Shown: piece after piece, positions 34,198 through 43,926 of the stretch
How the letters are laid out: each line of letters starts with the position of its first letter
Position numbering within the stretch: position 1 is the stretch's first letter
Assembly: GCA_024278765.1 (NCBI GenBank)
Contig: JAJRSM010000030.1
Coordinates: forward strand, 5,033 to 69,032
Source of the DNA: Deltaproteobacteria bacterium
GTDB lineage: Bacteria > Desulfobacterota > GWC2-55-46 > DRQE01
Direction of reading: 5' to 3'
DNA: 64,000 nt
The notes under the pieces: model-generated
Seen by the model: the letters and a program-made list of their open reading frames with translations, nothing else
Database searches by the model: none
What the model was told of the DNA's origin: nothing
Made by a program: the position numbers and the translations under genes

Positions 34198-35729
34198 TGG
34201 CAGGAACTTTTAATATAATTTTAAAAAATTCATCTTCCAAGGTGGCCTCGTTTAGCGTCTCTACGTTGATATGGCTGGCCCTTACTCCTTTTATTATTCA
34301 TTCACTTGGTGATGTAGATTACGGTATCTGGGTTCTGGTGGGCTCGATATGCGGGTTTTATGGCATTTTGGATTTAGGGATTACTACTTCAATTGTCAGG
34401 TATGTCTCAAAGTATGTAGCTTTAGACGACATGGAAGGCATGAATACAACAGTAAATACGTGTCTGGCAATGTACATAATATTAGCTGTATTGATTATTG
34501 TTTTCTCTATAGTCATGGCGTTTACTTTTCCATTCTTTTTTAATGTCCCTGAAGGTAAAGCCGTTCTGATGAGAACGGTCCTAATACTTTTAGGTTTAAA
34601 TCTTGCTTTGGCATTTCCTTTTAGGGTCTTTAGCGGAGTTCTGCAAGCTACAATGAAGTATACAATTGTGAGCACAATTGGGATTGGTACAGATGTACTT
34701 CGAGCCGTGTTGATAGTTTTTGCTTTAAAGAGTCAGGGCGGACTCTTGGGACTTGTATTTGCAATCCTAGCCGTATCTATGGTTGGGTATCTTGCAAATT
34801 TATATTTTACTTTTAGGGAGGTTCCTTCTCTGAAAATTGGTTTGAGGTTTCTAAGAAAGGAAAAGCTACGAGAGATCTTTAATTACAGTATTTATACCTT
34901 CGTAGCTATGATTGGAGACTTACTCAGGTTCAATATTGATTCTATAATTATAGGCGCAATGCTTACAGTCTCAGCTATTACTCCTTTTTCTCTAGCACAA
35001 AAGCTCATCAAGTTTCCTTTAATGCTTATATCGCAGACTTTTAGTGTTACGACACCCATGTACAGTGGATATGAAGCCAAGGGGGACACATTAGCTATTC
35101 AAAAACTTCTTATGAATAGCACTTTTTATTCAGCACTGATTTCTTTTTTTATAGCATCGATGTTCTTAATATACGGCGACATTTTTATTACGTTATGGGT
35201 AGGCGAGGAGTATTCAATTGTCGCTTATCCTATACTTATAATATTTGCTTTTTCATTTTGTATAGCATTGGCACAGAACCCTTCTATCCATGCTGCATAC
35301 GGAATTGAGAAGCATAAAGTTCTGGCTGGGATTTGTTTAGTCGATGGCCTCTTGAATTTGATTTTAACTTTAATACTTGTAGGTAAAATGGGTTTGATTG
35401 GAGTTGCTTTAGGTACTGCTATACCACTAGCTTTGACGAAGGGTATTGTTCAGCCTATTTATATATGTAGAGTGATTAAAATTCCTATCTTGCTGTATCT
35501 TAGGAAGTGTTTTTTGATTCCTTTTTGTACTGTTTTTGTCTTCACACTATTGCATATCGCTTTTGATAAGTATCTTCAAATAACAAGTTATTATCATTTT
35601 GCAATTGCAACAGTAGTCAGTACGAGTCTCTTTATACTTTTTACAATAGTAGTTGTTACCTTTAATCGCGACCAGAAAGCTCATTGGAAGGGTATACTGA
35701 TATCTTTAAAACAAAAAGCTTTATCGTAA
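34197..35729 (+). CDS. Wzx-type polysaccharide flippase (MOP superfamily)
   Basis: GTG start. 510 aa, hydrophobic throughout with at least 12 predicted TM segments. Position in a Wzx/Wzy-type locus. Confidence 0.75.
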   Translation: MAGTFNIILKNSSSKVASFSVSTLIWLALTPFIIHSLGDVDYGIWVLVGSICGFYGILDLGITTSIVRYVSKYVALDDMEGMNTTVNTCLAMYIILAVLIIVFSIVMAFTFPFFFNVPEGKAVLMRTVLILLGLNLALAFPFRVFSGVLQATMKYTIVSTIGIGTDVLRAVLIVFALKSQGGLLGLVFAILAVSMVGYLANLYFTFREVPSLKIGLRFLRKEKLREIFNYSIYTFVAMIGDLLRFNIDSIIIGAMLTVSAITPFSLAQKLIKFPLMLISQTFSVTTPMYSGYEAKGDTLAIQKLLMNSTFYSALISFFIASMFLIYGDIFITLWVGEEYSIVAYPILIIFAFSFCIALAQNPSIHAAYGIEKHKVLAGICLVDGLLNLILTLILVGKMGLIGVALGTAIPLALTKGIVQPIYICRVIKIPILLYLRKCFLIPFCTVFVFTLLHIAFDKYLQITSYYHFAIATVVSTSLFILFTIVVVTFNRDQKAHWKGILISLKQKALS

Positions 35730-35747
35730 TTCTTTTGAGAGGTTTTA

Positions 35748-37004
35748 ATGAAAGAACCTGTTAGTAAAATTATAAATTATAAAGCACGTTGTAAAGGTTG
35801 TGGTGTGTGTGCTGTGGTTTGTAATCTTAAATCAATAACTATAGGACTTAATTCTTACGGGGAATATCAACCAGATGTCGACCTAGATAGCTGTACTAGG
35901 TGTGGAATGTGTAAGAAAGTATGCCCAATGGAGGAGACTCATGTGACCTCCAAGTTGAAGGATTTAATTGGAGATTTTTCCGAGTCATATGTGTCCCACT
36001 CATCTGAAAGAGAAAGACGTGTGAAGTGTTCATCTGGTGGAGTGGTTACCGAGGTGCTAACTCATCTCCTAACCAATAAAAAGATTGATAAAGCTATTTG
36101 TGTTGGTTTTGATTCAGGAGCCGTGCCTTACTTTAAGTCACAGGTATGTCAGTCAGTTGATGAGGTATTTAAGAGTAGAGGTAGTAAATATTACCCTATA
36201 GAATTTTCAGATGTTTTAGAAAAAGTTAAGGTTAGTGATTCTAGTTATGCTGTTGTTTGTTTACCGTGTGTTGCTACAGCAATCAGAAGGCTAAAAAAAA
36301 ATGATACCCGTTTTAATAATATAAAATATATTATTGCCATTGCATGTGGACATAATAAAACTACTAATTATACAGATTTCATATTAGGACATTACAAAAT
36401 GCAACCTGACTTTAAATCAATTTCATTTAGAAATAAAGGGGATTATTCATTTTCTAATTACTCTTTCAAGGCAGAAGATAGTAGTGGGAAGATTATAGAA
36501 GAGAACTTTGTTAATGGTTTTATTAACAGGTTATGGTGCGAATATTATTTTGCCCAGGAAGCTTGTTTTCAATGTACAGATCTTTTTGGTGTTGATGCTG
36601 ATATCTCATGTATGGATGCGTGGCTTCATCCGTATAATAAGTCAAAGGCTGGATATAATTTTGTTTTAGTAAAAAAAGATATGGCTCAAGATCTAATAGA
36701 GCAGAATACTAGACTTCAATATAAAAAAATTAGTTTGGATAATGTTATTCAATCTCAAAGGATAATTTACGATACGAAAAAGAATCTTAGAGTGCCTAAT
36801 GACTATGTAGAGAACGCTAAAATATCTGAAGATTTTGATGTGAAAAAAGAGAATTTTGAAGTTATTCTAAAAGAGTTATCAAAAACTAAAAACAATGACA
36901 ATGCTACAAGAAGTAAGTTAGCTAGTTGTTTTAGAGTACTTTCTCTTGTTAAAGAGAAAGTAAAGCTAGGAGTTGGATATTATGAAAATCTTATTGGTAG
37001 GTAA
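35748..37004 (+). CDS. FrhB-like (coenzyme F420 hydrogenase beta subunit family) protein with 2x[4Fe-4S] ferredoxin motif
   Basis: CKGCGVCAVVC and CTRCGMCKKVCP motifs at the N-terminus. Size and pairing with a pyruvyl transferase are typical of EPS loci. Confidence 0.65.
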   Translation: MKEPVSKIINYKARCKGCGVCAVVCNLKSITIGLNSYGEYQPDVDLDSCTRCGMCKKVCPMEETHVTSKLKDLIGDFSESYVSHSSERERRVKCSSGGVVTEVLTHLLTNKKIDKAICVGFDSGAVPYFKSQVCQSVDEVFKSRGSKYYPIEFSDVLEKVKVSDSSYAVVCLPCVATAIRRLKKNDTRFNNIKYIIAIACGHNKTTNYTDFILGHYKMQPDFKSISFRNKGDYSFSNYSFKAEDSSGKIIEENFVNGFINRLWCEYYFAQEACFQCTDLFGVDADISCMDAWLHPYNKSKAGYNFVLVKKDMAQDLIEQNTRLQYKKISLDNVIQSQRIIYDTKKNLRVPNDYVENAKISEDFDVKKENFEVILKELSKTKNNDNATRSKLASCFRVLSLVKEKVKLGVGYYENLIGR

Positions 37005-38157
37005 TGGAACTAGGGAAAATAGAGGGTGTGAAGCACTTACAATTTCTACTATTGAGGCTCTAAGAAGTTGTTTTCCAGAGGTTAATATTGAAGTTTTATC
37101 TTTTGACACCAAGGTGGATAAATATTTCGAAGCATACGGTGTTAAGGTATCCAGTCTTATGAGTACCTCTCAACGTAAAAATTATATATTGTTTAGAATT
37201 TTAAAGAAACTGGGACTTTTCCCTATTCACATTCTTAGTAAATTGTACCTGTTGACACCTTATGTGGATAAACTCAAATCGGTTGATATTGTCTTGTCGC
37301 TTGGCGGGGATAACTATACTGACGATTATGGCGCCTGCGAATTATTTTGGTCACTAGCCATGTTGTCTGAAAAGCACAACAAACCATTTGTTGTGTGGGG
37401 TGCATCTGTAGGTCCTTTTAATACTAAGAAAAGTTTGAAAATGGCAAGGCGTGGATTGAATACAATTCCGCTTATTACTGCTAGGGAGGATCGTACAGTA
37501 CTTTATCTTGAGTCGTTAGGCTTTAAGGGGAAAGTTCAAAGAGTATACGATAGTGCTTTTGCACTGAGTGTGAAAAGCTGTGAAATTCCTCAATTTTATC
37601 GTAAAGCAGAAGTTGTGGGATTTAATATCAGTCCTATGTATCATAAATTTACATCAAAAACCTCTGATGAAGTTGTTCTGATAGCTAAGGAGTTTGTTCG
37701 CAAGATTTCTGAAACGTATAACGTGCTATTGATACCTCATGTTGTTAAAGAGAAAGATTGTGAAAATGATGCAATATATATGCAAACAATTGCGGAAGAA
37801 CTTGACAATGTTTTGCCTGTCAACCCCGCCTACAACAGTATGGAACTAAAATATATCATATCTAAATGTGATTATTTCGTTGCTGCCAGAACTCATGCGA
37901 CAATTGCTGCGTATAGTTCTGGGGTACCAACGTTGGCATTAGCTTATAGTCTTAAAGCAAGTGGATTGAATGATGAATTGTTTGGTTCGGATGAGTTTCT
38001 ATTGGAAGCAAAAAACTTTAATTTAGAGAAAATACTTGATAAGTTTAATTACTTAGTAAGATATAGTTCTAAAGCTAGGGCTCATCTTTTTGAAAAAAAG
38101 AAAGTGTTTAAGGGGAAGATACACGAAGGCGTTAAGAGTTTGAAAATGTTTATATAG
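36982..38157 (+). CDS. Polysaccharide pyruvyl transferase family protein
   Basis: AGGAG lies 9 nt upstream of ATG 36982. N-terminal MKILLVGNGTRENRGCEAL, then ...LSLGGDNYTDDYG... and ...ARTHATIAAYSSGVPT, as in the CsaB/WcaK-like family. Confidence 0.7.
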   Translation: MKILLVGNGTRENRGCEALTISTIEALRSCFPEVNIEVLSFDTKVDKYFEAYGVKVSSLMSTSQRKNYILFRILKKLGLFPIHILSKLYLLTPYVDKLKSVDIVLSLGGDNYTDDYGACELFWSLAMLSEKHNKPFVVWGASVGPFNTKKSLKMARRGLNTIPLITAREDRTVLYLESLGFKGKVQRVYDSAFALSVKSCEIPQFYRKAEVVGFNISPMYHKFTSKTSDEVVLIAKEFVRKISETYNVLLIPHVVKEKDCENDAIYMQTIAEELDNVLPVNPAYNSMELKYIISKCDYFVAARTHATIAAYSSGVPTLALAYSLKASGLNDELFGSDEFLLEAKNFNLEKILDKFNYLVRYSSKARAHLFEKKKVFKGKIHEGVKSLKMFI

Positions 38158-38225
38158 GTTCAGTCATAGTCCTGAGAGTTATTGTTGATGATTAAAGTTG
38201 AAAGCTGTTTTGAGATGAAAATATT

Positions 38226-39239
38226 ATGAAGATGCCAAGTGATAGTCATGACATATACAGCGAGATGCCTTTAGTCAGCGTAATTATACCATGTTTTAAT
38301 GGTGGTAAGTTTATAGTTGAGACTTTAAAGAGTGTTTTTTTACAAACATATTCAAATTATGAAGTCTTGTTTATAGATGATGCTTCGACTGACAATACGG
38401 AAAATTTGGTTCGGAATAATTTCAAAGAAGAGATTCATTCAGGTAAATTGAAATATTTAAAAAACGAAGAGAATATAGAAAGATGTCGTTCAAGAAATAA
38501 AGGAATAGAGTTAGCAAAAGGAGAATTTATAGCATTTCAGGATGCTGATGATTTATGGTTGAAAGATCATATAGAGAAGGGTGTTAGTTCAATGTTATCA
38601 TCAGACAACGACTGTTCATATGCTATGCCTTGTTATTTTTTAGAAGATAAACCCGTAAATTCTCATGAACTTGTTCAAAGAAAAGAGCATGATTTTATGA
38701 CTGAATTCAGTTCGTGTAGTATTGAAGATTTAATTAGCCGTGGATTGCTGTCGTGTCCACCAGGATATTTATTTAAAAAGAGCATTCTAGTCAAGGCTGG
38801 TGGATTTAGGACAGACATAGAACAATGTGAGGACTGGGACTTGGTTTGCAGGTTGTATTTTACTTATAAGGCAAAAATAACGGTGTCTTTTACTCCTACT
38901 TGTTTGGTTAGGATACATTCAGGTAATTCAAGTGCAACAGCACTTTTTCATAATAATGCAATGATAGTTAAAAATAATATTGAGAAGTATATAAGAGATT
39001 GTGATTTTTTACCTAAAGCAAAAAAAGACTTTTTAATATCATCCGTCTTTTTTTGGACAAGTATGACAGCATTTCGTCATTCAAGATTAAAGGAAGGTTG
39101 GCATGACCTATTTTTATCTTTTAAACTTCATCCATCGATACTCTTTAGAAAAAGAATGTTGTACGTATTGAAGAGAGGATTTATTCCTGAGGTTTTATAT
39201 TTAAGGTTTAGAAAGTTAGTGCCACAAAAAAAATGGTAA
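38226..39239 (+). CDS. Family 2 glycosyltransferase
   Basis: LVSVIIPCFNGGKFI...L.SV..QTYSNYEVLFIDDASTDNT...QDADD. Confidence 0.85.
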   Translation: MKMPSDSHDIYSEMPLVSVIIPCFNGGKFIVETLKSVFLQTYSNYEVLFIDDASTDNTENLVRNNFKEEIHSGKLKYLKNEENIERCRSRNKGIELAKGEFIAFQDADDLWLKDHIEKGVSSMLSSDNDCSYAMPCYFLEDKPVNSHELVQRKEHDFMTEFSSCSIEDLISRGLLSCPPGYLFKKSILVKAGGFRTDIEQCEDWDLVCRLYFTYKAKITVSFTPTCLVRIHSGNSSATALFHNNAMIVKNNIEKYIRDCDFLPKAKKDFLISSVFFWTSMTAFRHSRLKEGWHDLFLSFKLHPSILFRKRMLYVLKRGFIPEVLYLRFRKLVPQKKW

Positions 39240-39258
39240 GTTAATGACTTTTAGGTGA

Positions 39259-40464
39259 ATGAGTATGAATCTAAGTATATTACACATAGAGGCAGGCACA
39301 GACTACGGAGGGTCTGTGACATGTCTGGAAAGGTATTTGAATGGTATTGGCACTGAGGCGGTCAAAGATCATAAGGTACTTTTTTATTATAAATTCAGAG
39401 GGCAAGAAATTGTCAAAAAGTCAGGGGTGACTACCAAGATGATTTTTGATAAAGGTCGTTTGCCAAAAGATGAAAGTCGTTCTGTCATTGCGCGTTGTTG
39501 GAGAAGTTTTAAATATATATTGAATCTTTATTTGGAAATTAGAAAGGCAGATGTCGTTCATCTGAATAATAACCCGACGCCGCATCGTATGGCGATAAGG
39601 GTTGCAAAGTATCTAAAGAAGCCTGTTGTTTCGCATCTGAGATCTTGTATGATAGACCCGGTATATACCAGGGATAGCTTTGAAATGTTGCCTTCGGATA
39701 CTGTGCTTGTAGCCGTCTCAAAGCAGGTTAAAGAGTCTTATAACTTCCTCGGGTTGCCGGATGATTCTATTAAGGTTTTGTATGACGGCGTCAGTGACAA
39801 GACTGCAAATAAAAGAGATGAGGTATTACGTAAAGAGCTACTCAATGGTAGGCGTTTTTTAATAGGTGTTGTCGGTAGGCTGATCAAGCTCAAGGGAGTG
39901 GATACCTTTATAAAGGCGGCGATCGAGTTAAATGCTAAAGGTCTGGATATTAGTTTTGTCGTAATCGGCGGCGAGGGTAAGGAAGACCCGGGTTATAAGC
40001 AAAAACTTGAGGATATGGCAAAGCCCTTGGGAGACGCCATGATCTTCACAGGAGAGATCGTCGGTGGTATAGATCGTTACATGGCGACTCTGGACATTCT
40101 TGTGATGCCTTCCGTAGAACCAGAGGCTTTGGGTATGGTTATTTTGGAGGCAATGGCTCTCAATGTTCCGGTCATATCATCGCGGCATGGCGGCCCTGTT
40201 GAGATAATTGAAGATAATATTAATGGTGTTTTTTTTGAACCCGCAGATGTGAAGGGGCTGACAAATCAAATAATGCAATTAATCTCTGATCCTGCTAAGA
40301 GAAAAACGCTTTCTGAAAATGCAATCATCGTTTTAAGAGAACGTTTTGATCTTGCAAAGGCCTCGGCTCAATATAACCATTGGTTCACGCAGGCGTATGA
40401 CAAGAAGAATTTGTCGGTCGCCTTTAATAAAACGTCTGAGACTATAGATGAAAAAACTTTTTAA
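39259..40464 (+). CDS. Family 4 (GT-B) glycosyltransferase
   Basis: C-terminal GT4 block: DILVMPSVEPEALGMVILEAMALNVPVISSRHGGPVEII. Confidence 0.85.
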   Translation: MSMNLSILHIEAGTDYGGSVTCLERYLNGIGTEAVKDHKVLFYYKFRGQEIVKKSGVTTKMIFDKGRLPKDESRSVIARCWRSFKYILNLYLEIRKADVVHLNNNPTPHRMAIRVAKYLKKPVVSHLRSCMIDPVYTRDSFEMLPSDTVLVAVSKQVKESYNFLGLPDDSIKVLYDGVSDKTANKRDEVLRKELLNGRRFLIGVVGRLIKLKGVDTFIKAAIELNAKGLDISFVVIGGEGKEDPGYKQKLEDMAKPLGDAMIFTGEIVGGIDRYMATLDILVMPSVEPEALGMVILEAMALNVPVISSRHGGPVEIIEDNINGVFFEPADVKGLTNQIMQLISDPAKRKTLSENAIIVLRERFDLAKASAQYNHWFTQAYDKKNLSVAFNKTSETIDEKTF

Positions 40465-41587
40465 TAAAGAAAATAGCCCTATGAAAGTCCTTATGGTTGG
40501 TAAATTCTATCCACCTGAATATGTTGGCGGGATAGAGTTCTCTATGTACGATCTTGCGATGGGGCTTACAAAGCGTGGTGTTGAGGTAGATGTAATTGTC
40601 ACCAGCAACAGTGATAGGACGGTAACAGAGGATGTTGAAGGCGTTACTGTTCATAGAGTTCGTCGCGTCGCAAAGATAAGCGAGCAGCCAATATCCATTA
40701 CATATCCTTTTGTGATGCGTAAGCTACTTCGTCAGAATAATTATGACGTGGTTCATTTGCATTTTCCTTATCCGGGCGCGGAGCTATCTTGCCTTTTTAA
40801 CAGGTTACGTGCGAAGCTCGTAGTGACGTACCACATGGACGCGACTTTTGTAATGATGGCGAAGCAACTATATAAGCCATTCATGTATGCTTGCCTGAGG
40901 AAGGCAGATCGGATATTGGTGAGTTCAGATAACCTACTTAAAGGAGCTGAACATCTGAATAATTATCATGATAAAAGCCTGGTTGTTCCGCTCTTTGTAA
41001 AAGATGATTGGTTTGATCCGCCATCCCGGAAGGCTGTTGAAGATCTTAAAATTAAATATGGCTCATACCTATTTTATGCCGGAAGGTTATACAAGACAAA
41101 GGGCGTTAATTTTCTTATACAGGCGGTACGCAATCTTGATTGTAATGTGGTAATTGCCGGAGCTGGGCCTGAACTGGGAGCGTGGAAGTCACTTGTCGAA
41201 GAGTTAGGAATAGAGGATAGGGTGTTCTTTGTCGGTTCTCTTGAAAAAGCGCGGCTTAAGGAGTTCTTTTACGCTGCTGAGGTTTTCTGTTTACCGTCTA
41301 TCTCGCGCGAAGAATCATTTGGACTTGTTCTTATCGAGGCCATGGCAGCCGGTGTTCCTGTTATTGCGACCGAACTCGGGACGGGGACTACTTATATAAA
41401 CAAGCACGAGAAGACAGGGCTTGTTGTCAAACCCGGCGATGTGGATATGTTAGAGAATGCCGTTAAGAGGCTTACGAGCGATAAAGAGTTTAGAGAACGT
41501 ATGGGTAAGGCCTCAAAGGAAAGGGCTGAAAAGGTTTTCAGTGAGCGTGTCGTCGTAAAGCGCATTATGGATGTGTACAGGTCATGA
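40448..41587 (+). CDS. Family 4 glycosyltransferase (tandem paralog A)
   Basis: VLMVGKFYPPEYVGGIE... and ...FCLPSISREESFGLVLIEAMAAGVPVIATELGTGTTYI. An alternative start at ATG 40481 is possible. Confidence 0.85.
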   Translation: MKKLFNKENSPMKVLMVGKFYPPEYVGGIEFSMYDLAMGLTKRGVEVDVIVTSNSDRTVTEDVEGVTVHRVRRVAKISEQPISITYPFVMRKLLRQNNYDVVHLHFPYPGAELSCLFNRLRAKLVVTYHMDATFVMMAKQLYKPFMYACLRKADRILVSSDNLLKGAEHLNNYHDKSLVVPLFVKDDWFDPPSRKAVEDLKIKYGSYLFYAGRLYKTKGVNFLIQAVRNLDCNVVIAGAGPELGAWKSLVEELGIEDRVFFVGSLEKARLKEFFYAAEVFCLPSISREESFGLVLIEAMAAGVPVIATELGTGTTYINKHEKTGLVVKPGDVDMLENAVKRLTSDKEFRERMGKASKERAEKVFSERVVVKRIMDVYRS

Positions 41588-42756
41588 AAGGAGACGTAGC
41601 TTTCGATACAAAGATTATGAGCCGATCAACAGATATAGATAGTAGGCCGATCAGGGTATTGATGGTTGGTAAATTCTATCCGCCCCAGTATGTTGGCGGT
41701 ATTGAGTACTCACTTCAGGAGACGGCCTCCGGTCTTGCGCGCAGCGGTCTTGATGTGGATGTCGTCGTCTCCAGCAGGGACGGTCATTCATCTACTGAAG
41801 AGATAGACGGTGTTACGGTTCATAGGGTGAAGAGGATATCCAATATTGGGTCTGTTCCTATCTCTTTGCATTACCCTTTAAAGTTACGTCAGATGCTAAA
41901 AGAGAAGCATTATGATGTTGTTCATTTGCACTATCCTTATGCGATAGGGGAGCTTTCGTGTCTTTTTAATAAGATCAATGCAAAGCTGGTTATTACTTAT
42001 CATATGAACTCGGAGTATACGAAGCTGCTTAAAAAACCGCTTATTCCATTTATGAATGGTCTGCTTCGTAAAGCAGATCATATAATAGTTAGTTCGGATA
42101 ATCTGTTAAATAGTGCAAAGCACCTGAATAATTACAGAGATAAGTGTACTGTAATTCCCTTGTCGGTAAAGGACGAGTGGTTTGAGGCACCGAGCCTTGA
42201 GGCTGTAGCTGCACTGAAGACGGAGTACGGCCCTTTCGTCTTTTTTGCGGGACGTCTTTTTAAGACAAAGGGCGCGCGTATATTGATAGAAGCAGTACGT
42301 AATCTTGATTGCAACCTTGTCTTAGCGGGTGAGGGGCCGGAGCTTGAATCGTTAAAGTCGCTCGCAGATAATTTGGATATTAGTGATAGGGTCTTTTTTG
42401 TCGGTTCTCAGGAAAAGAAGAGATTAAAAGAATTTTATAACGCCTCAGAGATCTTTTGTCTGCCTTCGATATCAAACCAGGAATCATTTGGTCTGGTCCT
42501 TTTGGAGGCAATGGCCGCAGGCAAGCCGGTAATATCGACCGAGCTTGGTACAGGGACGACTTATATCAATCAGCACGGTGAGACCGGGTTGGTTGTTAAA
42601 CCAGAAGACGTAGACATGTTGGAAGATGCAATCAGGCGTCTTATGGCTGACGAGGTTTATAGGTTGAAGCTCGGAAGAAATGCACTAAAAAGAGCCGATG
42701 AGATATTTCGTGAAGATGTTGTACTCGGTCATATTATCGAGCTTTATAAGTCTTAG
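41584..42756 (+). CDS. Family 4 glycosyltransferase (tandem paralog B)
   Basis: ATGA overlap with paralog A. VLMVGKFYPPQYVGGIE... and ...FCLPSISNQESFGLVLLEAMAAGKPVISTELGTGTTYI. Colinear with paralog A along the full length. Confidence 0.85.
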   Translation: MKGDVAFDTKIMSRSTDIDSRPIRVLMVGKFYPPQYVGGIEYSLQETASGLARSGLDVDVVVSSRDGHSSTEEIDGVTVHRVKRISNIGSVPISLHYPLKLRQMLKEKHYDVVHLHYPYAIGELSCLFNKINAKLVITYHMNSEYTKLLKKPLIPFMNGLLRKADHIIVSSDNLLNSAKHLNNYRDKCTVIPLSVKDEWFEAPSLEAVAALKTEYGPFVFFAGRLFKTKGARILIEAVRNLDCNLVLAGEGPELESLKSLADNLDISDRVFFVGSQEKKRLKEFYNASEIFCLPSISNQESFGLVLLEAMAAGKPVISTELGTGTTYINQHGETGLVVKPEDVDMLEDAIRRLMADEVYRLKLGRNALKRADEIFREDVVLGHIIELYKS

Positions 42757-42782
42757 TTGATGAATTTAGTGGAAAGTATATT

Positions 42783-43898
42783 ATGAAAAAAATCCAAAAA
42801 TATAATACTCCTTTATCCAAGATAGAGACTCTTACCCTTGAGATGGGGTATCAGTGCAATATCAGGTGCAATTTTTGTTATCAGGAGGATTTCTCTCCGA
42901 AGAACAATGCGCCTGATGAGCTATGGAGAGAGAAACTGGCGCCAGTCTATCCGAGCCTCAAACGCGTGACTTTCCTTGGGGGCGAGCCGACGATAATAAA
43001 GGGTGCAAAAGATTTTTCCGACTTTATTGTTCAGGAACATCCTCATATAAAGCTGGATACTATTACCAATGGTCTTGCCTTTAAAGGTGAGTGGATAGAT
43101 AAGTTCGTCTCGAACGGTCATAAGATCATTTTCTCGTTGAATGCCGCAAGCTCCGTGGTCTATGACAAAATAACCAGGAATAGTAATTGGGATAAGGTCA
43201 TAGCTAATATTAAAGACTTGGTGGCGGCTCGTAAAAAAGTTTCTTCCAAACTTATTTTAGAGGCGAGTATGCTGGTTCTTCCAGAAAATATTCATGAGAT
43301 GGGTGCTTTTATCCAGCTGTGTGAAAAGTTGGGTTTTGATAAAGCTTTCTTTATCACTCCGCTTTTTCATCAAATCAAGAATGTAGATAGAGACGTAGCG
43401 CGGCGTAGCATCACTGAAGCCTGCGATATGAAGGATAAATACCAGAGAGTCAAAGTTGAAGGAATAGAGTCGATCCTTAAAAATCTCTTTCCCGAGCCAG
43501 ATGACGAGGTGGCGGCTTTGATCGATAGATGCGATGAGCATGGCGAGCGTGACTCGTCGTACTACGACGCAGTCTGTAAGTATCCGTGGAACTCTCTTTA
43601 CGTGAAACACACAGGTGACGTGATGGTCTGTTGTGCGGCATGGTTGGCCATCGGCAACCTTAACACCAACTCGATTGAAGATATCTGGAATAGTTCGCAT
43701 GCACGCAATATGAGAAAAAAAATGGCAGCTAAGGATTATTCTCTCTGTAAGCGGATATGTCCTTTTAATGAAAATCCAAGTAAGAAGAATAAGGAATCAC
43801 TGAATGTCGTTGGTAGAAAGCTTGTTTACAGGTTTGTTAAAGACCCGAAGATGACGATTAAAAAGATCAAGAAAGAGGCCGGACGTTTTTTTAAGTAA
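42783..43898 (+). CDS. Radical SAM protein with SPASM/twitch-like C-terminal Cys cluster
   Basis: CNIRCNFC (CX3CX2C) near the N-terminus. The C-terminal CKYPWNSLYVKHTGDVMVCC fits the C-x9-15-G-x4-C pattern, and CKRIC follows. Confidence 0.75.
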   Translation: MKKIQKYNTPLSKIETLTLEMGYQCNIRCNFCYQEDFSPKNNAPDELWREKLAPVYPSLKRVTFLGGEPTIIKGAKDFSDFIVQEHPHIKLDTITNGLAFKGEWIDKFVSNGHKIIFSLNAASSVVYDKITRNSNWDKVIANIKDLVAARKKVSSKLILEASMLVLPENIHEMGAFIQLCEKLGFDKAFFITPLFHQIKNVDRDVARRSITEACDMKDKYQRVKVEGIESILKNLFPEPDDEVAALIDRCDEHGERDSSYYDAVCKYPWNSLYVKHTGDVMVCCAAWLAIGNLNTNSIEDIWNSSHARNMRKKMAAKDYSLCKRICPFNENPSKKNKESLNVVGRKLVYRFVKDPKMTIKKIKKEAGRFFK

Positions 43899-43926
43899 GT
43901 TGCCCTGAAGTAATTAAGGTTTTTTC

